From a virus, in the IMG/VR virus record IMGVR_UViG_3300050343_000145, positions 3,217 through 67,216 of that record: a stretch of 64,000 bases of DNA, one strand, 5' to 3'. Below are positions 17,671-27,664 of this stretch, piece by piece; positions within the stretch are counted from its first letter, which is position 1, and each line of letters opens with the position of its first letter. A program made the translations under genes and the position numbers. The notes beneath the pieces are model-generated. The model was not told where the DNA came from. It made no database searches and saw only the letters and a program-made list of their open reading frames with translations.

Positions 17671-18074
17671 TGGGTTATAAAATGAAAAACAATATACCCG
17701 GTTTATTAGGTATAAATGAAAAGCATTCAACGCCTGACACTCCAGTTTTTGAAAAAGATTTAGGTGAATCTTGGGGCCATGCTGAAATGGATAGGACCAT
17801 CACTATAAATAAAAATTTAAACGAGAAGCAAAAGGATCATGCAGTTGAGCATGAAAAACTACACATATTACAAATGCGAAGCGGTAGGTCCTGGTATGAT
17901 AATAACAATATATACCATAAGCCAAAAAAAGATGAGCCTATACAAGTTTATAAAAGAGTGGGCAATAAAATGATCGTAAAGGGTAATGCGATGGATGTTG
18001 GGGATCCAAAAAACCCCGTAGAGAAAGAAGTGTATAGCATAACTAAAAAGTTTGCAACTAAAATAAATAAATAA
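17670..18074 (+). CDS. HExxH metallopeptidase-like protein
   Basis: TITINKNL...AVEHEKLHILQ...E.EVY. Confidence 0.65.
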   Translation: MGYKMKNNIPGLLGINEKHSTPDTPVFEKDLGESWGHAEMDRTITINKNLNEKQKDHAVEHEKLHILQMRSGRSWYDNNNIYHKPKKDEPIQVYKRVGNKMIVKGNAMDVGDPKNPVEKEVYSITKKFATKINK

Positions 18075-18076
18075 TT

Positions 18077-18364
18077 ATGCCAAGTAAAAACGCTCCGTCA
18101 AGGAAAAAATCAAAAGGATATTACACTAAAGTAAATAAAAAAGGAGGCACTGGTTCAAAAGCCGGTGGTGGTATGTCTAAAAAAGGTGTGGCTAAATACA
18201 GAAGAGATAACCCAGGTAGTAAACTTAAAACAGCAGTCACAACACCTCCATCTAAATTAAAGAAAGGAAGTAAAGCTGCAAAAAGACGTAAATCATTTTG
18301 TGCAAGATCAAAAGGCTGGAAGTCTGAAAGAGGATTAGCAGCAAGAAGAAAATGGAATTGTTAA
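18077..18364 (+). CDS. Very basic small protein (RRKSFCAR family)
   Basis: GGMSKKGVAKYRRDNPGSKLK...KRRKSFCAR...ARRKWNC. Confidence 0.8.
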   Translation: MPSKNAPSRKKSKGYYTKVNKKGGTGSKAGGGMSKKGVAKYRRDNPGSKLKTAVTTPPSKLKKGSKAAKRRKSFCARSKGWKSERGLAARRKWNC

Positions 18365-18365
18365 T

Positions 18366-18527
18366 ATGAAAAGTAGAGGTTTAGGAGACGACATACATAA
18401 TTTTACAACAAAAACAGGAATCAAGGGATTCGTAGATAAAGTATCAAACGGGCTTAATATACCATGCGGCTGTGAAGGCAGACGTCAGGCTATGAACGCC
18501 CTATTTCCACATAAATATAAAAAATAA
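18366..18527 (+). CDS. Small protein with GLGD and CGC motifs (53 aa)
   Basis: Manual translation MKSRGLGDDIHNFTTKTGIKGFVDKVSNGLNIPCGCEGRRQAMNALFPHKYKK. Confidence 0.7.
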   Translation: MKSRGLGDDIHNFTTKTGIKGFVDKVSNGLNIPCGCEGRRQAMNALFPHKYKK

Positions 18528-18683
18528 AAATCATGCCAGGAAAATCAAAAAAAGGTGGTGGCTTAGAGTCAAAACCAGCATACAATTTTAATCCAGGCCT
18601 TAACAGATAAACAAAAGTCATTAGGTAAATTAGATAACTAAGGTAAGAAATCAAATGGCGTTAGAAAAAATAGAGGTTACCAA

Positions 18684-19565
18684 ATGAATTATAAAATGGT
18701 AAACAAGGAAGGTTTTAAAATGGCGGGTAATCCAGCTTATAAACTTGATCCAACTATTTCATTAACGGGGTTTGATCCTAAAAAAAAAATAAATTTTGAT
18801 CCATCAAAACTTTCTGCTTTAAATATACCCAGCATAAATGATATTGTAAATTATGATAATGAAAGTATGAGTGTTTCAGATGTTAATATTAATGAAACAT
18901 TTAGAACAAAAACATATGATGATATGAGAGCAGCGGGAGCTTCTGAAGAAGATATTATTAAAGCCAAAGCTTTTAATACAGAAAAATATGGCACAATTAA
19001 TCCTACAGCCGCAGGAAAAACTAATAATCAAACACTAGATAGTTTTAATGCTGTAGTTAATTTGGCAAGCATCCCACAACCTGGTGCACCAGAAGTTAAA
19101 GGAGATGCATTTACTAGTTATGATAAAAGGCAAAGAGCAAGGGGAATTAAATTTGAGGAAAATTTAATAAGTAGAAAAGATAAAAAAGGAAAAAGACTTG
19201 GTGAAGTTATTGGTAAGTTAGAAGGTAAAGAAAAATTAAATAAAAAACAAGAAAGAAGACTTGCTAATTTAAAATCTAGACAAACAAAAAATACTAGAAT
19301 AAAAGATAGGCTTGAGGATGTCAATAAGATTAGTAAAAAACAAGATTTACAAGGTATTAATCCTAGTGTTGGTAAAAAAGATAGAGTTATTTTAGAAGCG
19401 GGAAAACCTGGCTCCTCTACAACACCGTCAAAATTAGGTGGAATAAATGTTTCCGATAGTGAAAGAGTGGCATATGTAAAAAATAAATTAGGAAAACCGC
19501 AAATGAAGCCAATGCAACTTTCACCTAAGGCTATGAACTATTTTAGTAAAAAGAATAAAAAATAA
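18684..19565 (+). CDS. Lys-rich hypothetical protein
   Basis: 293-aa ORF; the upstream 18533-18683 segment looks garbled, so the true start may be earlier. Confidence 0.7.
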   Translation: MNYKMVNKEGFKMAGNPAYKLDPTISLTGFDPKKKINFDPSKLSALNIPSINDIVNYDNESMSVSDVNINETFRTKTYDDMRAAGASEEDIIKAKAFNTEKYGTINPTAAGKTNNQTLDSFNAVVNLASIPQPGAPEVKGDAFTSYDKRQRARGIKFEENLISRKDKKGKRLGEVIGKLEGKEKLNKKQERRLANLKSRQTKNTRIKDRLEDVNKISKKQDLQGINPSVGKKDRVILEAGKPGSSTTPSKLGGINVSDSERVAYVKNKLGKPQMKPMQLSPKAMNYFSKKNKK

Positions 19566-19972
19566 TGAAAAAATTATTTGCTAAATTATTTGGTGGCGCG
19601 GGATTAGATGTTGCAGATAAAATTGGTGGACTTGTAGATAAGTTTGTAAGAACTAAAGACGAAAAAGCTAACTTTGAAAAAGAAATGACTTTGATATTTA
19701 AAGAACACGAGTTATCATTAGAAAAAGAAATATCCGCAAGGCATAAAGCGGACATGTCTTCCGATTCATGGCTTTCTAAAAATATTCGGCCAATGATTAC
19801 TTTATTCAGCTTAGCAATATACACATTATTTGCAATAGCTGATGGCAACATAGGCGAATTCAATTTACAAAATCAATACGTAGATCTTATGGGACAAATT
19901 TTATCTTATGCTTTAGGTTTTTATTTCACATCTAGAGGGTTAGAAAAGATTTCAACTATAGTAAAAAAATAA
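19565..19972 (+). CDS. Putative holin (3TM, GTA-type)
   Basis: ARHKADMSSDSWLSKNIRPM followed by TM helices and FYFTSRGLEK. Confidence 0.7.
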   Translation: MKKLFAKLFGGAGLDVADKIGGLVDKFVRTKDEKANFEKEMTLIFKEHELSLEKEISARHKADMSSDSWLSKNIRPMITLFSLAIYTLFAIADGNIGEFNLQNQYVDLMGQILSYALGFYFTSRGLEKISTIVKK

Positions 19973-19977
19973 ATTAA

Positions 19978-20667
19978 ATGGCTAGAATAAGCACGTATAT
20001 AAAAGATCCTGTCGTTACTAAAGACGATAAGGTTATAGGCTCTGATATAAGCGGAGCAACAAGAAATTATTCAATGGAAGACATTGCTAATTTTTTAAAT
20101 ACATCTAGTCTTATAAATGTTAACGGTCAATTAATATATAAATTTCAAATAGGTTCAACACCGCAACAAGGTAGTTTTACTGTAAATGGTGGGCAGCCTA
20201 TTAATTTTTCAAATGTAACTTCAATTGATTTTTCACATATAAACACTAACGGGCAAAACATTCAACAGTATCTAGAATATTTTGATGGTTTGTTTGTAAT
20301 GTTAACACAGGTTGATAATCAAAATAATTTTGGACAATATGCAATATCATCCATTACAGATTCAGGAAATGATTACTCAACAGTTGTATTAGGCTTTAGA
20401 GAAGGGAATGGTGCTTTAACACAAGATAAATATTATGCAATGTCTTTTTCACCAAAAGGGCAAACAGATAAAAATTTCACATCAAACAATATAAATTTTG
20501 TTGCAAATACTCCAATAACTATAAATCATAATTTATCAAAATTCCCAGCGGTTACTACAGTAGATTCAGCAGGGTCACATATAATAGGTGATGTACAACA
20601 TATAACCAATAGCTCATTTATAATAACATTTAAAGCTTCTTTTCAAGGAAAAATTTACGCAAACTAA
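19978..20667 (+). CDS. Virion tail-associated protein
   Basis: N-terminus MARISTY..D...DKVIGS paralogous to fibres 1 and 2; C-terminal INHNLSKFPAVTTVD module. Confidence 0.7.
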   Translation: MARISTYIKDPVVTKDDKVIGSDISGATRNYSMEDIANFLNTSSLINVNGQLIYKFQIGSTPQQGSFTVNGGQPINFSNVTSIDFSHINTNGQNIQQYLEYFDGLFVMLTQVDNQNNFGQYAISSITDSGNDYSTVVLGFREGNGALTQDKYYAMSFSPKGQTDKNFTSNNINFVANTPITINHNLSKFPAVTTVDSAGSHIIGDVQHITNSSFIITFKASFQGKIYAN

Positions 20668-20673
20668 AAAACT

Positions 20674-21684
20674 ATGGCACTTTCATATTTAACAGACATT
20701 AATTTAAACAAAAACGAATTACAGAATGCAGTAATTCAGAAATTATCCACAGACCCTTCTGCTGGGTTAACGGCAGGGTGGATTATATACAACACAACAG
20801 ATAACCAGCTTAAGGTTTACGACGGATCTAATTGGACAAATGTAGGTGGTGATATAACCGGAATTGATATAACAGCTGGAACTGGGTTGTCAGGAACAGT
20901 AAGCACAAGTTCAGGTCAGCATACCCAAACAATAAATATTGCAGATACAGGGGTAACCGCAGCTTCATACGGTTCATCAACCGCAATACCAGTTATAACT
21001 GTAAACGCACAAGGACAAATTACAGCAGCAAGTACAGCCGCAATTAGCACAGATTTAACAATTGCAGCAGATTCTGGATCTAATGATATTGTATCAATTG
21101 GTACAGATACTTTAACATTTGCTGGTACTACAAATGAAATCGAAACAACCGTAAGTAATAATCAAATACAAATTGGTTTACCAGATGATGTAACTATTGG
21201 AAATGATTTAGTTGTATCTGGAAATTTAACAGTATCGGGTACGACTACAACGGTTAATACGGAAACAATAAATCTTGCTGATAACATTATTACTTTAAAT
21301 AGTAACTATGCTGGATCTTCTCCAACTGAAAATGGTGGTATTGAAATTGAAAGAGGAACCGCTGATGATAATGTAGCGTTAAGGTGGAATGAAACAAGTG
21401 ATACTTGGGAACTTACTAAAAATGGAACTGATTATTACGAAATACAAACAGTTGGTGAAAGTACATATTCAACATCAATTGGTAATGGTACAGACACTTC
21501 TTACACTGTAACGCACAATTTAGGTTCTCAGGATGTAATTGTGCAGCTTTATGATAATAGTTCATTAGACACAGTCTATGCAGACGTGGTGAGAACGTCT
21601 ACATCAGTTGTAACAATTGATTTCAGTAGTAATTCGATACCGTCTACAAACGACATTAGAGTACTTATTACAAAAATAGGTTAA
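20674..21684 (+). CDS. Tail fibre-related structural protein
   Basis: T/S/G-rich; VNAQGQITAA, GNLTVSGTTTTVN and THNLG modules. Confidence 0.75.
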   Translation: MALSYLTDINLNKNELQNAVIQKLSTDPSAGLTAGWIIYNTTDNQLKVYDGSNWTNVGGDITGIDITAGTGLSGTVSTSSGQHTQTINIADTGVTAASYGSSTAIPVITVNAQGQITAASTAAISTDLTIAADSGSNDIVSIGTDTLTFAGTTNEIETTVSNNQIQIGLPDDVTIGNDLVVSGNLTVSGTTTTVNTETINLADNIITLNSNYAGSSPTENGGIEIERGTADDNVALRWNETSDTWELTKNGTDYYEIQTVGESTYSTSIGNGTDTSYTVTHNLGSQDVIVQLYDNSSLDTVYADVVRTSTSVVTIDFSSNSIPSTNDIRVLITKIG

Positions 21685-21704
21685 TATAATTTTATAAATT
21701 CAAT

Positions 21705-24700
21705 ATGGCAAATCGTTTTCTTAGTGATATAAGAATCAACGACGCGTATACTTTTCCCGCGTCAGATGGTAGCAGTGGACAAGTTATCACGACTGATGGT
21801 TCTGGTAATTTATCTTTTGCAGAAGCGGGAACAAGCGATTCGGCTTCCGTAATTTACAGAGATAATTTTACTGGCGATGGGAGTACGGCGTCTTTTGATT
21901 TGCAAAATTCAATTACTGATGAAGATCAAACACAAATATACATAGATGGTGTTTATCAAGAAAAAGATTCGTATTCCGTATCGGGATCAACAATAACCTT
22001 TACAACTGCACCAATTAGTGGTCACAGTATAGAGGTTATTTCTATTTCGGCCATAAACACAGGACCTACGGTTATTTATCAAGATAACTTTACAGGCAAC
22101 GGCTCAGCAACAGATTTTACGTTAGCGAATACTATAGACAATGAAGTTAAAACTTTAATATTTTTAAATGGTGTTTATCAATTTAAAAATACTTACAGTG
22201 TTGACGGAACTACACTTAGTTTTGACACAGCTCCAGTAAATGGGGTGGACATAGAGGTTATTAGTATTGCATCTGCATTACAAACAGACAGTTTGCAAGC
22301 TGGTTCTGTAATTGTGCCTGTAAAAAATACACATACCGCAAGTATAGCCAAAGGAACTCCGGTATACATTAGCGGTAACGTTGGTAATTCAGCAAGATTA
22401 CAAATAGCGCCAGCAGATGCAAGCAATAGCGCTAAAATGCCAGCAGCAGGATTGTTATTAACTACACTTGCTGTAAATGCAGAAGGCTATGCAATTACAG
22501 GTGGCTATTTAAGAAACATTACAACAGACACAATTGATGGCACAAGCACAGCATCAAACGATACTGTATATGTAAAAGCTGGTGGTGGTTTAACAATGAC
22601 AAAACCAACTGGCAGCAATTTAATCCAAAATATTGCTAAAATTGCAAGATCTTCTGGTGGCAATTCAGGTTCGTTATTAGTGTCATCAATACTTAGAACA
22701 AACGATATTCCTAATATTGCTAACGATAATTTTTGGCTAGGTAACTCTTCTAGCGTAGCAACAGCTACATCATTTCCAACAGAAGTTGGTAATTATTTAA
22801 CAACAAACAGTTACGCAACAGAAAACTATGTAGATACAGAAGTTGCAGGGTTAGTTGCTTCGGCTCCTAGCAACGTTAGATACTTTAAACGAACTTGCGG
22901 CAGCATTAGGTGATGATCCTAATTTTGCTACAACTACGGCTACTAGCATTGGAACTAAATTGCCTTTGGCTGGTGGAACACTAACTGGAGCTTTATTAAT
23001 ACAACAATCAAGTACTAGTACTGGGTTTACAACTGAAAAAACAGGGGGTACAGGTTCATTTATTAATTTAAAAGACACTGCAGGTAGTGTTTTTATAGGA
23101 GGAGTTAATTCTGAATTTGTAATACAAACACCTAGTGGTAGTTATTCAAATAAATTAACAATCTCAAACTCAGGAAACGCAACTTTTGCAGGAGATATTA
23201 CAATAGGAAATAATGCCAGTATAAAAAGCGTTGGTAGTGTTAGAATTGATATTGATGAAGATAATAATTCAACTACAAGAGCATTTCTTGTAAGAAATAA
23301 CGGTGGTGCGAATACTTTGTTTAGAGTTCAAGAAGATGGTAGCGTAGGAATCGGAACTGATTCACCTGATTATCTGTTAGATATAGAAGGAGCTAGTCCT
23401 AGAATTAGAGTAAAAGAAACTAGTAGCAATACTTCTACTACTATGGTAGAAGTTGAAAATAGTGATGGTAGAGGCGCTATGCTTGGAGTTGGTGGTAGTG
23501 GTAGAAGTGATATTTTAACTAATAGGGGATATATTAATGCACAAACAGCATTAGATGGTTTGGCTATTGGAACAGAAGGAACAGACCCTGTTATTTTTTA
23601 TACTCAAGGTTTATCTGCATCAAATGAAAGAATGCGTATTACAAGTGGAGGTAACATAGGTATAGGAACAGGTGCCGATGTTTATGGGGATTTACATTTA
23701 GAGGGTGGTCAGCAAGATATAGTATTAACAAACACTTCTGCTGATGGAGTCGCGGGTTTAACAATATCAAGAATTATAGGTCAAGCAAGGGGTTATAGTA
23801 ATACCTCATCAGTCATGCAGTCGATTGATTTTGTAACTAATTCCTCTACTTGGTATAAAGGAGATATTGTATTTAAAACAAATAATACTGACGGTACAGA
23901 TAGTACAGTAGCCGCTTCAGAAAGGATGCGTATAAAAGCTGATGGTAGTATTAATATAGGAGCTAGAAGAGCCGCTTTACCAAGCAATTTTGGTTACAGT
24001 GGATCTTATAAAGTATTAATACTAGGAAGTTCAGGAACAAATTACCAAACAGACGCAGTAACATTATCACTTGGTGTGGATGTAACAGGTAATCCGAGTG
24101 GTGCTTATAATGGAAACGGTAGGGAAATAATTATTAGAAACGAAGGAGCTTTTATATCTCCTAATACTGCTAATAATGGTTACAATACTATTTTGAGCTG
24201 GAATAGTTCTGGGCAACCATATTTTTCTCAAAACGTTGGGATAGGAACAACTGGCCCTAATGCTGATTTAGAAGTTAAGACACTTAGTGGGGGTGTTGGT
24301 GTAAACACATTAAGATTAAATACAAATTTTGCAAATGGAAATACTGTAGATATAAATCCTTTTATAAGTGGACTTAACAACGGGGGAATGGAAATTAAAT
24401 TAGCGGGTTCTCAAAAACTTGTTATGCTTCCATCCGGAGACGTGGGGATCGGAACGGCTTCGCCTGAAAGTAAATTACACGTCTACAAAAATGCAGCAGC
24501 TAGTACAGTTGTAGAATTATTAAGATTAGATTGTGGAGAAAACAGCCATGCAGCAAGTAAGGGAGGAAGTATAGTTTGGAGAGATATAAACGTATATTCA
24601 AATACAGCAAGTATTACTGCTCAAAGAACTGGACTTGGTAGTAGTTCTTCATTACAATTTGGTTTAAGGGGTGGCGAAAAAATGCGTATAACATCTGCGG

Positions 24701-25374
24701 GGGATGTTTTAATAAATGCAACAGGAAGATACAACGGTTATCCAGCAAGTTTCATAACACAAACTTTAGCAAGTGGTTCTGGTGATTTTTGCCCTATTTT
24801 AGAATTAGTAGGGAATAGAAGTGCAGCTCAAGGCAATCAAAATGCAATGATACAATTCTTTAATAAAACATCAACAGCAGTTGAGGTTGGGAGAATTTCG
24901 TCTACACAAGGCTCAGCTACTAATAGTGGTGGTTTAACATTTCACGTTGCTAACGCAGGGTCACTTTCAACGGGGTTATCTATTGGGCAAACAGGTAGAA
25001 TTATACTGCCAGGATTAGATGGAAAAACTCAAGTTCATCCGGATGTAAGTTACCGTACTACAGATGGTGAATTATTTTATCAAACATCTTCAGAAAGATA
25101 TAAAACTGATATAGTAAATCTTGAAAATTCTTTAAATAAGGTTAACTCATTAAGACCTGTTAGATTTACAGATACAAATACTAACGAGCCTGGTTTTGGT
25201 TTGATAGCTGAAGAAACAAATGAAATAATTCCAGAGGTAGTATTTACTAAAGATGAACAAATTGAAGGAATAAGTTATTCTAATTTAGTTCCTTTCCTAA
25301 TTAAATCAATACAAGAACTAAAAGCAGATAACGATAGCTTAAAAGCTAGGATAGAAACGTTAGAAAATAATTAA
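21705..25374 (+). CDS. Tail fibre 3 with S74-type chaperone (single frameshift near 22867)
   Basis: Track ORFs 21705..22913 and 22855..25374 join to give ...LVASAPATLDTLNELAAALGDDPNF; FTGDG repeats, VGIGT repeats, SSERYKTDI. Confidence 0.85.
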
Positions 25375-25375
25375 T

Positions 25376-27647
25376 ATGGCACAAACTAAAGTAAAACTTA
25401 TATCAGACGGCGTAATAGTCCAGAGTAATTTACATGCTAGCCACGGTATAACTACCGCACATATTGGTGAGGGTAGCAATTTGTATTACACAGATGCTAG
25501 AGTAGGTTCTTACTTGTCTACAAATAGTTTTGCTACAGAAAGCTATGTAAGTACACAGATAACTAATTTAGTTGATTCGTCACCTGCAACTCTTAATACA
25601 CTTAATGAATTAGCCGCTGCTCTTGGAGACGATCCAAACTTTGCAACAACTACAGCAACAAGTATCGGGTTAAAAGCTCCATTAGCATCACCTAGTTTTA
25701 CAGGAAACTCAACTTTTGCAGGTCCTATATATTTACTAAACACAAGTGCAAGAATTAGTGCGGGTGGTAGCGGGGAGGTTGGGTTCAGATAATTATAACA
25801 CCGGCGCAACTGGTAGTTTAGTCTGGTATGGAGGTGGAACTGCCTCTAAATTTAATGTGACAAGTGCTGGAAATGCAACTTTTGCAGGGCTTGTAAACAT
25901 ACCCGCTGCAGCAGATGGAACTAAATTTACAATAACATCTTCAGCAGGTTCAAATCATAACATTATAGAAATGGGTCAATTAGGCTCAGATGGATTTTTA
26001 GATGTATCAGCAGCAGGCGGTGGAGTAGTAAGTCATTTGTCAGGTTACACAGGATATGCAAGTTATTTTTTATCACAAGTAGGAATCGGAACGGCTTCGC
26101 CTACTAATGCAAAATTAGTAATTTCTGATACTGGCTCAAATAAAATATCTATTGATGGAGGAACTTCTCAAAACGGTATGAGATGGGAGGCGGTTGGGGG
26201 CGCTAATGGTTTTTATTTATTCAATGGTACTTTTGGTACCGCTGGATTTGGATTATACAATATAAACACAGCACAAGCATTACTTTGGATTCAAAACGGA
26301 GGAAACGTCGGGATTGGAACGACTTCGCCTTCATCAAAGCTGCAAATACAAGCAAATCAACACGCAACTAACCCTGGTGGTAAAAATTACACTGGATCTG
26401 CAATAAATGCTGATGGAGGAGATATAGCAACTGGAAAATTATTTTTGCAAGGTTATCAAAATACAGCAAATGACTTGTGTGGGTTTAACAATGAAGCAAA
26501 CAGAGTTGTATTATATAATTACACAGATGGTAGGCATTTGCAGCTTTGGAATCATACTGGTGATACTTCTATACCTAATGGCAGCGTCGGGATCGGAACG
26601 ACTTCGCCTAGCACTAAATTAGTAGTAGCACAAAGTAATGTAACGGAGCCAAGTGGTGTAGATGCTAATACAAGTATATTAATTAAGAACAATACTTGGT
26701 CAGGAATGACTTTACTTGCAACCTCAAGTACAGGAAGTTTTCTAACATTTGGAGATGAAAATGCAGGATTTGCAGGTAGAATACAATATATTCACTCTAA
26801 TGATAATATGATTTTTGAAACTGCAGCAACAGAAAGAATGCGTATTCTTGGTGATGGAAGCCAAACACAAATAAAAGGTAAACACGGCGGTGGTGCAGAT
26901 TTATTATTATATAATACAGATGTAACCCTTGCTACTGACCAAATGATAGGTAGGTTAGGTTTTTATAAAACTGATGGTAGTGGTTCTAATGTAGGGGTTT
27001 CAAGTTCAATACAAGCACGAGCTACTAATAGTGGGTCTGGTTCTTATATGAGTTTTCATACAGATGGTGAAACTCCTGCAACACAAGAAGCAGAAAGAAT
27101 GCGTATTACAAGTAGCGGCAAAACTTTAATGGGTATTACAAGTGAGCAAAATGCTGGTAAATTACAAATGCAATCGGGTGGGTTTGAAAATGGTGGTACT
27201 TTAGATATTGTAACAGGTGGTTGGTATAGATATTATACCAGGGTATGCCATAATGCAACATCAGCCAGTACTGCGGGATATTGGCATATAAAAACAAACA
27301 TAATAGTAAACACAAACGTGATGTTTATGGCTAAATTTTACGGCTATATATATGGATCAGCTCAAGTTTTAGACCTTACACACGCAGGATATGCTTATAG
27401 CGGCAGTAATAGTATTATAAATCAAGGTACAACAAATAACGGAAGTGACCCTAATGCTAGCAGCGCAATATACTCGTCTGCAACTGGCAATAAAGTAACT
27501 TTTAGAATTGCTTTTGGGACTGGTAGTACTTTTTCAACTTACTTTTGTGGGGTGATGATGGATATGGCATTTCCAGCTCCAGCTGGACAAGGTCATGATT
27601 TTGAAATTGAAGCACAAACGTTTAGCCAAAATACAACGGTATATTAA
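25376..27647 (+). CDS. Tail fibre 4 (single frameshift near 25790)
   Basis: Track ORFs 25376..25792 and 25746..27647; NLYYTDAR and TLNELAAALGDDPNF anchor, VGIGTTSP repeats. Confidence 0.85.
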
Positions 27648-27664
27648 AATAAACAAATAAATAA

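Noticed and set aside
22855-22875. Programmed frameshift in fibre 3 (and similar breaks at ~1955, 10020-10140, 25790, 40870)
   Set aside because: No slippery heptamer; CCTAGCAAC looks like a consensus blend of the paralogous CCTAGTAC and CCTGCAAC sequences; indels are scattered through many essential genes, pointing to sequencing or assembly error.
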